Part shown: in pieces, positions 1-8,972 of the stretch
Position numbering within the stretch: position 1 is the first letter of the stretch
How the letters are laid out: every line of letters begins with the position of its first letter
Sequence record: SRR31156797_1568
Strand: one strand, 5' to 3'
DNA: 64,000 nucleotides
Notes under the pieces: generated by a model
The model's database searches: none
What the model saw: the letters and a program-made list of their open reading frames with translations, nothing else
What the model was told of the DNA's origin: nothing
Made by a program: the position numbers and the translations under genes

Positions 1-67
1 GTAGACGCAAGGGACTTAAAATCCCTCGGAGCCTAGCTCTGTGCCGGTTCAAGTCCGGCTTCGGGCA
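1..67 (+). tRNA. tRNA-Leu(TAA), 5' end truncated by window
   Basis: Anticodon arm AGGGA-CT-TAA-AA-TCCCT, long variable arm, T-loop GGTTCAAGTCC, acceptor 3' strand TTCGGGC-A. Confidence 0.95.
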
Positions 68-101
68 CTTATAAGTTATTATTAATTAATAACTATATCT
101 G

Positions 102-132
102 AAAGACTAGTGTTTAAGCACTGGTCTTTTTT
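102..132 (+). terminator. Intrinsic terminator after tRNA-Leu
   Basis: AAAGACTAGTG-tttaag-CACTGGTCTTT followed by a T run. Confidence 0.7.
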
Positions 133-206
133 CGTGGTATATTTAATCCTAAAGGATGTTCTTATATATGCGCTATCGTCTGGCGATAAGTTTGGTGATA
201 CATAAC

Positions 207-239
207 AAAAGCCCCATCTGCAATAGATGAGGCTTTTTT
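207..239. terminator. Bidirectional intrinsic terminator
   Basis: AAAAGCCCCATCT-gcaat-AGATGAGGCTTTTTT. Confidence 0.75.
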
Positions 240-309
240 GTTGGGTAACCTCTGTTACATAGAGGAGGTAGCACAGGTTAGGTGAATTCCTGTGAAGCAG
301 ACTTTTTTA

Positions 310-714
310 TTATTTAACTACGAACCACACGTTTTTTACTTTGTGTCCGGTAGTATCTCCCGGTTTGTTATCTTTAAACCAGTAGTACAGAGGCATACCC
401 ATATAAGTTACCTGATATTCGCCGCCTTTTCTCATGGTCAGGCCGAGTTTGCCGCCCATGTTGTCAAAGCTGTATCTGTCTTCGACTGTAAGTGGTGGCC
501 ATTTTTTTGCGCAAGCGCCGTAGCAGCTGCTTGTGTCAGTTGAATCTTTTGCAAATGTGTAGAGTGTCATACCGTTACTGCCGGTAAGGATATTACCGAA
601 TTCGCTGGTGTGTCTCTTTTTGACATACTCTGTGTCAGCCGCCTGTGCAGCGGAAAACATTCCGATAGTGAGTGCGAGTGCTAAGACAAGTTTGATGAAA
701 TTTGATTTTCTCAT
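310..714 (-). CDS. Secreted repeat protein (COG4315 / Y-X4-D type)
   Basis: Signal peptide; motifs GMTLYTFAKD, CYGACAKKWPP, QVTYMGMPLYYW..D..PGD..G...W; RBS AGGAGG. Confidence 0.85.
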   Translation of the reverse strand: MRKSNFIKLVLALALTIGMFSAAQAADTEYVKKRHTSEFGNILTGSNGMTLYTFAKDSTDTSSCYGACAKKWPPLTVEDRYSFDNMGGKLGLTMRKGGEYQVTYMGMPLYYWFKDNKPGDTTGHKVKNVWFVVK

Positions 715-745
715 TTAGATCCTCCTAAGTATTGTTACTAATACA

Positions 746-771
746 TACGCAGGAGGTTTGAAATCGGATTA
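746..771 (-). promoter_or_regulatory. Putative ECF sigma promoter TAATCC-N16-CGTA
   Basis: Minus strand TAATCC gatttcaaacctcctg CGTA; matching motif at 1452-1477. Confidence 0.65.
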
Positions 772-789
772 AAAAAACCTTATATTTTT

Positions 790-1428
790 TTAAGAACCCA
801 TGACTTTTATTCCGGTAGGTGACGGGCTGCCGCCTGAAGGTTCGATTGTGATGCCGTATGAGTCGTATTCTGAAAAAGGTCGTGGTGAGGTGATCTGCAT
901 ATTAGCAGTCCCCTGAGAGACCATAAATATTCCGCCGCTGGTTCTTTTTCCGTCTTTGATAAGCCAGAGCTGATAAGTTTTGCTGCTGTCCAGCTTCTCT
1001 AAACCCTGTACACTCAACATTGCCGTTCTTTCATCTTCGATGATGAGGGCTCCTTTGGCTCCCATAGCGGCATCTGTGCCTGCCATAGTGATTCTGGTGT
1101 CGTGGTTTCCTATAAACATATATAAGCCTAAAAGCAGAACTATACCTGCATAGGCTAGTTTTTGCAAAGGCGCATCGGGGAAGATAAAAGAGAGTATTTT
1201 CTCTTTAAGTGACGGTTTTTCTATCTCATGCATAATGTTGTCGAGGATGCCGTCAGGCGCCTGAAGGTTTAGTGAGTCGATTGAGCCTACGGTTTTATCA
1301 TACTGGCTCAGTTCATCTGCAAGCTCAGGATGGGCAAGGATATATTGTCTGACCTCTTCGTGTTCTTTTTCATCAAGTGCTCCCATTGCATAAAGCGGGA
1401 GAAGTTCTTTTATCTCTTCATGGCTCAT
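790..1428 (-). CDS. Anti-sigma factor, RskA family
   Basis: N-terminal ELLPLYAMGAL, one TM helix, YQLWLI and ITIEP.GGS..PTG motifs; adjacent to ECF sigma. Confidence 0.9.
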   Translation of the reverse strand: MSHEEIKELLPLYAMGALDEKEHEEVRQYILAHPELADELSQYDKTVGSIDSLNLQAPDGILDNIMHEIEKPSLKEKILSFIFPDAPLQKLAYAGIVLLLGLYMFIGNHDTRITMAGTDAAMGAKGALIIEDERTAMLSVQGLEKLDSSKTYQLWLIKDGKRTSGGIFMVSQGTANMQITSPRPFSEYDSYGITIEPSGGSPSPTGIKVMGS

Positions 1429-1451
1429 TTGAAACCGTCCTTAAATATATA

Positions 1452-1477
1452 TACGAATAATTCTGCAGTTCAGATTA
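1452..1477 (-). promoter_or_regulatory. Putative ECF sigma promoter TAATCT-N16-CGTA
   Basis: Minus strand TAATCT gaactgcagaattatt CGTA upstream of the anti-sigma gene. Confidence 0.55.
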
Positions 1478-2011
1478 TTCAAGGAGTTCTTTAAGTTTTA
1501 TAATTCCCAGCCTCATTCTGGACTTTACTGTCCCCAGAGGAAGGTTGGTCTTTTCAGATATTTCGCTCTGGCTTAGACCGGAGTAGTATGCAAGGAGTAT
1601 CATCTCTCTCTGATTATCGGGGAGCTTGTCCAGCGCTTTTCTTACCGAAGCTGAGTTCTCATTTTCTATCGCAGACTGCTCTGGTGTATTATCTGATGGT
1701 ATATTGTTAAGTAGCAGGTCAAGGTCGTCCCCTGCGGCTTCGGGGCGTTTTTTTCTAAGGGAGTCGATAGCTGTGTTTCTTGCTATTTTTGCTATCCATG
1801 TGCGCAAACTTGAGAGTGATTCGTCGAAGTTTTTGATGTTATTCCATATTTTGAGAAATACTTCCTGTGTTATCTCAGCAGAGTCAGCTTCGCTTTCAGT
1901 AATTGAATATGCGATTGTATAGGTGTAATTACCGTAAAGAGCGTAAAGCTCCCGCATCGCATCCTTATCAGAATTTTTTAGCCTGATAGTCAATTGCTGA
2001 ACATTTGTCAT
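1475..2011 (-). CDS. ECF RNA polymerase sigma factor (SigK-like)
   Basis: Region 2 (QEVFLKIW, TWIAKIARNTAID) and region 4 (LPLGTVKSRMRLG). Confidence 0.92.
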   Translation of the reverse strand: MTNVQQLTIRLKNSDKDAMRELYALYGNYTYTIAYSITESEADSAEITQEVFLKIWNNIKNFDESLSSLRTWIAKIARNTAIDSLRKKRPEAAGDDLDLLLNNIPSDNTPEQSAIENENSASVRKALDKLPDNQREMILLAYYSGLSQSEISEKTNLPLGTVKSRMRLGIIKLKELLE

Positions 2012-2272
2012 ATTGAAGGATAAACAGAAAACAAATTGAAGTAAACATTTATGATGTGAATAGTAGGAATTATCCCATAGTTAAACTTGTGATCAGTATT
2101 TATATGTATAAATGCTTTATTTATTAAGGTAAATAAATTACTATTAAATATGTAATAATGTGTCGCTATGATTAATTAATATCTGTTAGAACAGTAATCA
2201 GATAAGGCTAAATAATAATATTTATAAACTATTACATAAATATTGAAAAAACTTAATTAAAAATGTGTATAA

Positions 2273-4153
2273 GTGATTATGGCTAGAAATGAGTTTTCTA
2301 AAAAGAAATTTAGCATCGCTACTTTGCTGGTAGCAGTTCTTGTTCTCTTCTCGATCATAGGGACATTCACAATGATCTTTTTGTCGAGGAGCTACTCGGA
2401 GTCTGCACTTCATTCGTTGGCAAACGATATAATTAAGAGAACTGTTTACGACTCAACTGAACATGTTAGCACAATTATCAAACCAGCAGTGAGTGCAGTC
2501 GGTGTTCTTGAATCTCAAATCCCAGAAGCAGCCGCTATCATCAATGATAAAAAGAAAAATGATTCTATTGTTCACTCTATGATCAAAACTCTTCAGGATC
2601 AGAAGGGTGTCTATACTATATATTATGCCAATGAGCTTGGTGAGTTTTTCCTCGTTGGTAAAAGGCAGAGGTTCGAAGACGATAAAAAAGTCTACTATTT
2701 TCATAAAAGAATTACTGTTCGAGATGGCGTGAGGCGAGTGACTGAAACATGGTATGACGACTTCGGAGAGCTGGATACAGTCGTTTTAGGGAACGATATA
2801 TATAATCCGAAAGTGAGACCTTGGTATAATAAAGCTAAAGTTAGCGGAACTAAAATATGGACAGATCCTTACATCTTTTTTATTACGAAACTTCCAGGCA
2901 TAACCTATGCAAAACCTATTTACTATAATGGAGTTTTCTCCGGAGTGGTAGCCTCAGACCTTGAGATTAATACTATTTCAAAGTTTATGATGGACAGTGT
3001 TTTTACTAAGAATACAAGTATCTTCGCAGTCGATAACAGCAACCATGTGATAGCTCACTCTAATTTTATAAATAGATATGCAGACAAGTTAGTCTTAAAA
3101 GATAAGATTCCGGATATCTCCAGCTTCGAAGACGGAGTGATGAAAGAGATGGTCTGGCGTTATATCCCCGATGTTGAGTCAGTTGTTACCGACTTAAAGG
3201 TAGATCGTAATCGCTATAAGAGCATGATAATACCTATTAATGTGTATGGTTTAAACCTTAAATTAGGTATGTACACGCCGGCAAATGACTATCTTCAGCC
3301 TCTGAATGAGAGATATAGGGCATTATTCATTTTGGCAGTTATTCTTTTGATGATTGTCGTTATTGTAAGCAGATACATCTCTCGTCAGCTAGCAAAGCCG
3401 TTTAAGGAACTTAGCGAAGCGACTGAGCGGGCTAAGGATCTTGATTTTGATAAGCAGATAAATATTCATACCGGCTTTAAGGAAGTCTCACTTACACAGA
3501 ATAATTTTAACGAAATGCTTGAGTCACTTAAGAATTATCAGTCGGCTAACGAACTCCTTTCAGAGACACTTCATAATGCTCATATAGACACACTATACAG
3601 GCTTGCGATGGCTGCGGAGCATAAAGACCAATACACCTATGATCACCTCAAAAGAGTTAGTGATATCTCGGTACATATTGCTGATGTGCTTGGTATGTCT
3701 AATCGTGACATGGAGCTTATAAGGCACGCCAGCGCTATGCACGATGTGGGCAAGCTTGGCATACCGGATAACATACTTATGAAGCCGGGGAAGCTTACTG
3801 TGGACGAGTTTGATGTTATCAAGACGCATTCTCTTCTGGGGAGCAAAATCCTTGAAAACCCTAGCTCGGAAGAGATGCACGCTTCTCAGGTTATCGCACT
3901 TTCCCATCATGAAAAGTGGGACGGCAGCGGTTATCCGCAAAAGCTATCCTGCGAAGATATCCCTCTTAACGGGCGGATTGTAGCACTCGCAGATGTGACA
4001 GATGCTCTGCTTTCCAAGAGACCTTATAAGGAACCTTTCACATTTGATCACACCATGGAAATTATAGAATTTGAGCGTGGTAAACACTTCGACCCAGAGC
4101 TTGTTGACCTTGTTTTAGAGAATAAAAAAACAATTCATAAGCTTGTTATTTAA
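2273..4153 (+). CDS. Cache/HAMP sensor HD-GYP c-di-GMP phosphodiesterase
   Basis: Two TM segments, YNPKVRPWY Cache motif, HAMP, HDVGK and HHEKWDGSGYP. Start may be ATG 2279. Confidence 0.9.
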   Translation: MIMARNEFSKKKFSIATLLVAVLVLFSIIGTFTMIFLSRSYSESALHSLANDIIKRTVYDSTEHVSTIIKPAVSAVGVLESQIPEAAAIINDKKKNDSIVHSMIKTLQDQKGVYTIYYANELGEFFLVGKRQRFEDDKKVYYFHKRITVRDGVRRVTETWYDDFGELDTVVLGNDIYNPKVRPWYNKAKVSGTKIWTDPYIFFITKLPGITYAKPIYYNGVFSGVVASDLEINTISKFMMDSVFTKNTSIFAVDNSNHVIAHSNFINRYADKLVLKDKIPDISSFEDGVMKEMVWRYIPDVESVVTDLKVDRNRYKSMIIPINVYGLNLKLGMYTPANDYLQPLNERYRALFILAVILLMIVVIVSRYISRQLAKPFKELSEATERAKDLDFDKQINIHTGFKEVSLTQNNFNEMLESLKNYQSANELLSETLHNAHIDTLYRLAMAAEHKDQYTYDHLKRVSDISVHIADVLGMSNRDMELIRHASAMHDVGKLGIPDNILMKPGKLTVDEFDVIKTHSLLGSKILENPSSEEMHASQVIALSHHEKWDGSGYPQKLSCEDIPLNGRIVALADVTDALLSKRPYKEPFTFDHTMEIIEFERGKHFDPELVDLVLENKKTIHKLVI

Positions 4154-5504
4154 CCGGTAGCATTATCTCAACAGTTAAACCTTTTTCGTTATATGCATAT
4201 ACTGAACCGTTATGCGCATCGAAAACGGCTTTCGCTATGGCAAGCCCCAGACCTGTTCCGCCTGTTTTCCTGTCTCTGTCATCTTCGACCCTGTAGAATG
4301 GGGTGAAAATATCATTGAGTTGACTCTCTTCTACTCCAGAACCGTCATCAGATATTTTTATAGTGATTTTTTCACTGTCTTCATAAACCTTTATGTCAAT
4401 TTTGCTTTCAGCGTATTTGATTGCGTTTCTGACGATATTCTCCACACCGCTGAAAAGAAGGTCTTTGTTTCCGTTGATCTCTCCTGCGACTTCTCCGCTT
4501 AGGCTAAGTCTTTTGCCACTTTCAACAGCTTCGAAACCGTCATCACTTGCTATCTGATTTAAAATATCATTTATATCGACCGAGTCGAAAGGAACATTGT
4601 GCGAATCTCTTATTCTTGATATTTCAAGGAGTTTGCCAATCATTTCGTTGAGCCTTTCTGATTCTATCTCGATCCTGTTTAGAGCATACGAGGCATCTTC
4701 TCCGGCTTTCGCTCTGGCTAGCTCAAGAGAGAGCCTGAGCCTTGTGAGAGGTGAGCGTAGCTCGTGGGATATATTCCTGAGCATAACTTCCTGGTTACCT
4801 CTGGTTTTTTCAAGTCTGTTAGCCATCCTGTCAAAGTCATTAGCCAGCTTACCTATTGCGTCGCAACTGTTGATTTTGTCGTAAACCCTCACAGAGAAAT
4901 CACCGTCTGCAATCCTCTGTGATGCACTGCTTATCGTTAAGAGAGGTTTGCGGAAGATTCTGACAATTATCAGGCTCACAATGCTCGACAGCAGGAAGAC
5001 ATACACCATAACTCTGAGGTGCTTATGAACGATAACTCTAAGGTACTGTGGCTTAAATTCATCCATTGGGTAGCTGATGATCTTCTTATCCGCAGCAGAA
5101 AATACAAGTATAGGTCCTGTTTTGGACTTGTCCTCATTTTTATCTTTGACGAAGACAATCTTACCGCCGTGGAGTTGGCTGATCAGATCCAGACTCTCCT
5201 CCGGATACTCTTTACCGTTTATCTCTGATGAATTTTCATCAAAGATATAGATTTCTCTTCCTAAAAGCTCCTCCGCCTTGGCTGAAAGCTCCTCTATTCT
5301 TCTATAGTCACCATCTTTAATACTTTTCCCAAGTTCACGGTGTACATCTTTAGAGATGTCCTGCAGAGCCATGCCGTAGAATGTGTGTCTGTGGTGTTGA
5401 TCACCAAATATTATAAATGAGATTGGAATAGCAGAAAATAGTACGGTGGCTGCCCATATAGTAAGGAATATTTTTACGAATAGGTTATTAAAAAACATTT
5501 TCAC
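4146..5504 (-). CDS. Sensor histidine kinase, CpxA-like
   Basis: HAMP, SHELRSPL H-box, NAIKY, DDGSG, GGTGLGLAI. Confidence 0.9.
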   Translation of the reverse strand: MKMFFNNLFVKIFLTIWAATVLFSAIPISFIIFGDQHHRHTFYGMALQDISKDVHRELGKSIKDGDYRRIEELSAKAEELLGREIYIFDENSSEINGKEYPEESLDLISQLHGGKIVFVKDKNEDKSKTGPILVFSAADKKIISYPMDEFKPQYLRVIVHKHLRVMVYVFLLSSIVSLIIVRIFRKPLLTISSASQRIADGDFSVRVYDKINSCDAIGKLANDFDRMANRLEKTRGNQEVMLRNISHELRSPLTRLRLSLELARAKAGEDASYALNRIEIESERLNEMIGKLLEISRIRDSHNVPFDSVDINDILNQIASDDGFEAVESGKRLSLSGEVAGEINGNKDLLFSGVENIVRNAIKYAESKIDIKVYEDSEKITIKISDDGSGVEESQLNDIFTPFYRVEDDRDRKTGGTGLGLAIAKAVFDAHNGSVYAYNEKGLTVEIMLPVK

Positions 5505-6193
5505 TTGTCAGTCTCCGGTATGAGCTGATATCCAGCACCGCGTATACTTTTTATTATGTCAGGGTCAGATGCTTTTTTGCGTATGTTGCTGACGTGGACA
5601 TCTATGCTTCTGTCGAAAGAGCTCAGCTCTCTGCCCAGAACATCCTCAGCTATCTCATCTCTGGTGACAGCTCTGCCTCTGTTGCTTATTAGCATAGCTA
5701 AAATGTTGAATTCCACAACTGTCAGCCTTAAATCCTCACCTTTATAAGATGCTGTGAGCCTGCTGTTGTCCAGTTCAAAATTTCCGGTATTGATAATTGC
5801 AGGGAGGTCTGATGATTCTTTGGTAGTATTTGATCTGCGGAGTATCGCTTTTATGCGTGCCAGCAGCTCTCTCGGGTTGTAAGGTTTCGGGAGATAGTCG
5901 TCAGCTCCCATTTCAAGCCCGAGTATTTTTTCGATGTCGTCACCTTTGGCGGTGAGCATGAGAACTGGTGTGGTCTTGGTTGAGCGTATCTGCTTTAAAA
6001 CTTCAAATCCGTCCATACCGGGCAGCATAACGTCTAATATTATTAGGTCATATGTGTTAGATGCAGCTATATCTGCGCCTTCAGAACCGTTATGCACAGC
6101 CTGAATACTGTACCCCTCAGTCTCAAGGTATTCATTGAGCAGTTCGCAAAGTTCGACATCGTCATCAATGACAAGTATATTATAATCTTTCAT
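5501..6193 (-). CDS. OmpR-family response regulator, CpxR-like
   Basis: Receiver domain (DDD, LDVMLP, KPYNPREL) plus winged helix (DRSIDVHVSNIRKK, IRGAGY). Confidence 0.92.
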   Translation of the reverse strand: MKDYNILVIDDDVELCELLNEYLETEGYSIQAVHNGSEGADIAASNTYDLIILDVMLPGMDGFEVLKQIRSTKTTPVLMLTAKGDDIEKILGLEMGADDYLPKPYNPRELLARIKAILRRSNTTKESSDLPAIINTGNFELDNSRLTASYKGEDLRLTVVEFNILAMLISNRGRAVTRDEIAEDVLGRELSSFDRSIDVHVSNIRKKASDPDIIKSIRGAGYQLIPETDK

Positions 6194-6351
6194 AATAAGG
6201 ATAATATATAAAAAAGAAAATAAATGCCCGTTAATTTCTGCAAAGATTCACACGGTATATTTACAAAACTTAACACTTCTGGGATATACTTAAAAAGCAA
6301 TTTTCATTAAATGCAGGTATCTTGATAGTCATTAAGTAAATGGAGTTTTTT

Positions 6352-7779
6352 ATGTTTTATAGAAACTTGCTGGTTGTTTTTGTCGCTGTTGTTTTTATCA
6401 GCGGTTGCGGACAGACAGCTAAGATAAGCAGGGAGAAGATAGATAATGGTCTGAAACTTCCTGCATCCTTCACGCTTAGCGGCAGTGCTGAATCAGCCGA
6501 GGGTAGATGGTGGGAAGTGTTCCGGATTGCTGAGCTTAACACTCTCATGAACAGTATGATGGATAACAATAACCAGATACTCGGATCTTACGACGGGCTG
6601 AGAGCTTTACAGTCTGTCCTTAACATTAGTGAAGCGGATAAAATGCCTAGTGTTACAGCGGGGGCGAGTGCTGGTGAGAAATATAGCACAGACAGCCGAG
6701 GCGACCGTGAGTGGAATGACAGCTATGAGCTTTCTCTCACTGCATCCTACGAAGCAGACATATGGGGGCGGATCAAAGCCGGCGCAGAGTCTGACAGGAT
6801 GTCACTCCTTTCAAGTAAATATAGTCTGGAATCATTATATATGACCCTCACTGCGGAGCTTGCGGAGAGATATTTCATTTATAAATCACTCGGCACAGTT
6901 CTCAGGATACAGAAAGAGATGCTTATTCTCAGGCAGAAACAGCTCGACACTATTGAGATGATGTATGCGGCTGGTGTCGGCAGTTTAGACACTATATATG
7001 TAAAACAGACAGCGATAGCCAATCTAATCGAGAGCATCACCGAGACAATAGAATCTATGAAAAATGCGAAGTATCAGATAGCGAAACTTATAGGCGAGCC
7101 TGATGTTAGCAAGGTGGATATTTCTGAGCACTATGAGCTTAGGGTTCCTGTCCTGCCTAGTGTTATCCCTTCTGAGATAGCTGAGAAGAGACCAGACATC
7201 AGAGCGGCTTACGCTGACGTTTTAAAGGTGAATAGTGATCTTGCGGAAGCTATGGCAAACAGATATCCGAAGCTCAGCTTCTCTGCATCGGCGGCATATT
7301 CAAGTGCTGATTTTGATAGGCTTTTCTCTATAGATAATTTCATAATAAATCTTGTCGCAAACCTTACTGCGCCACTGTTCGATGCCGGCAAGCTTGAAAA
7401 CAAACAGAAACAGCAGGAACACCTCCTTAAAAAAGAGATTTATGATTATTACGACGCTGTCCTTACTGCGCTTAACGAAGTCAGGGTCTCACTAAATGAT
7501 AATGTGCAAAACGGAAAGGCTCTGGAGCTCAACCATGAGAAAGTTGGGATAGAAGAGAAGAGGCTGAAGGTCGCTAACATGAAATATGAGATGGGCATAG
7601 AGGATTACTCAAGTGTGATGGATTATAAGCTTAGCCTGCTTTCAGCATGGGTTAGCGAGGTTAATGCAAAGAGAACTCTGATAAGTTCCAGAATAGAGCT
7701 GGCACGTGTTGCCGGAGGAAGCTGGACTGGTGATATAGTAAAAGCCGGACTGGCAAAAGATTCGCAGGAGAAAAATTAA
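6352..7779 (+). CDS. Outer membrane efflux lipoprotein (NodT/OprM family)
   Basis: Lipobox FISGC, SYEADIWG, RPDIRAA, PLFDAG; RBS GGAG supports ATG 6352. Confidence 0.9.
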   Translation: MFYRNLLVVFVAVVFISGCGQTAKISREKIDNGLKLPASFTLSGSAESAEGRWWEVFRIAELNTLMNSMMDNNNQILGSYDGLRALQSVLNISEADKMPSVTAGASAGEKYSTDSRGDREWNDSYELSLTASYEADIWGRIKAGAESDRMSLLSSKYSLESLYMTLTAELAERYFIYKSLGTVLRIQKEMLILRQKQLDTIEMMYAAGVGSLDTIYVKQTAIANLIESITETIESMKNAKYQIAKLIGEPDVSKVDISEHYELRVPVLPSVIPSEIAEKRPDIRAAYADVLKVNSDLAEAMANRYPKLSFSASAAYSSADFDRLFSIDNFIINLVANLTAPLFDAGKLENKQKQQEHLLKKEIYDYYDAVLTALNEVRVSLNDNVQNGKALELNHEKVGIEEKRLKVANMKYEMGIEDYSSVMDYKLSLLSAWVSEVNAKRTLISSRIELARVAGGSWTGDIVKAGLAKDSQEKN

Positions 7780-8972
7780 TGAGAACGATAATAAAGATTG
7801 TAATACCGGTTTTAATATTATTTGTAGCCTTTGGTATTTTTAAGTTACAGATGTCTAATAAACCAGAACCGAAGAAAATGGCTAGGAAAAAAATCATACC
7901 TATCGTTCAGACTATCCCTGCTGAAAGTGTAAGCGATTATGTTTATAAAGTTGCCGGCTACGGAAAAGTTGAGGCGGCAGGCTCTGTTACTATAGTTTCA
8001 GAGACCGCAGGTAAGGTTATCTGGGTTAGTGATAAGATGAAAAAGGGCGGCATGTTCAAAAAGAATGAGTGGCTCTATCGTATAGATGATGCTGACTATG
8101 TAGCAGCTGTTGACTCCGCTATAGCAAAGCTTAAAAGCGCAGAATACGACTTGCAGAAGATACAGGAAGAGGCAGATATATCGAAGAAAGAGTGGGAGAT
8201 ATGGAACGAGACCTCAGACGTTAAAAAGTCTGCCAGCCCGCTGGTAAATTACGAACCGCAGTTAGCATCAGCGAAAGCAGCGGTTAAATCTGCTGAATCC
8301 GCAGTGATGATAGCGAAATCAGACCTTGCTAAGGTTGTATATAAAGCACCTTTCGCATCGATAGTTACAGATGAATCCATAGACCACGGAAAGATCATCC
8401 GCACAGGTGAATCCGCAGGAACACTGGTCCGCACTGACAGATACGAGATTTATCTCCCTCTGGCGGCTAAGGATAGTGTCAAACTTAACTTTTCAGAAAA
8501 AATAGATGAGGCATCAAAAGGGTATATAGAGCTTACTGAAGGGGCAGAATCATGGAAGTGGGATGTTTACGCTGAGCGTGTGCTGCCTTCTGCTGATACT
8601 GCTACGGGGATGCTCCAGGCTGTTCTTGTAGTTGATAATCCTTTCGATACAAAAGACGGCGAAAGACCTGTACTCCCTATAGGTGCAAGTGTTAAAGCTT
8701 CACTCAGTGCAGGCGCAACTTCAGAAGCTATCCGTATCCCAGATCAGGCAGTGAGAGAGGGTGGTGTTGTTTGGGTTGTGTCGCAGGGTAAGCTCCAGAT
8801 AAGGGATGTTAAGCTGCTTGAAAAACGTGAAGAATTTGCTTATCTGAGCGGCGGGCTTCTCGAAGGTGAAAAGATAATAATATCCGACATGGAGGGTGTT
8901 CTGGATGGAATGCCTGTAAATCTCGGACAAAATAAAAAAATGGGTAAAGGTCAGCCAGGGGGTGCGAAGTGA
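7779..8972 (+). CDS. RND efflux periplasmic adaptor (MFP)
   Basis: N-terminal TM anchor, lipoyl/hairpin pattern, KAPF motif; lies between OMF and RND genes. Confidence 0.9.
   Translation: MRTIIKIVIPVLILFVAFGIFKLQMSNKPEPKKMARKKIIPIVQTIPAESVSDYVYKVAGYGKVEAAGSVTIVSETAGKVIWVSDKMKKGGMFKKNEWLYRIDDADYVAAVDSAIAKLKSAEYDLQKIQEEADISKKEWEIWNETSDVKKSASPLVNYEPQLASAKAAVKSAESAVMIAKSDLAKVVYKAPFASIVTDESIDHGKIIRTGESAGTLVRTDRYEIYLPLAAKDSVKLNFSEKIDEASKGYIELTEGAESWKWDVYAERVLPSADTATGMLQAVLVVDNPFDTKDGERPVLPIGASVKASLSAGATSEAIRIPDQAVREGGVVWVVSQGKLQIRDVKLLEKREEFAYLSGGLLEGEKIIISDMEGVLDGMPVNLGQNKKMGKGQPGGAK

Noticed and set aside
1-67. tRNA-Leu(TAA) as an att partner of the island at 53.3 kb
   Set aside because: Its 3' sequence differs from tRNA-Leu(AAG), and essential core genes lie between them.
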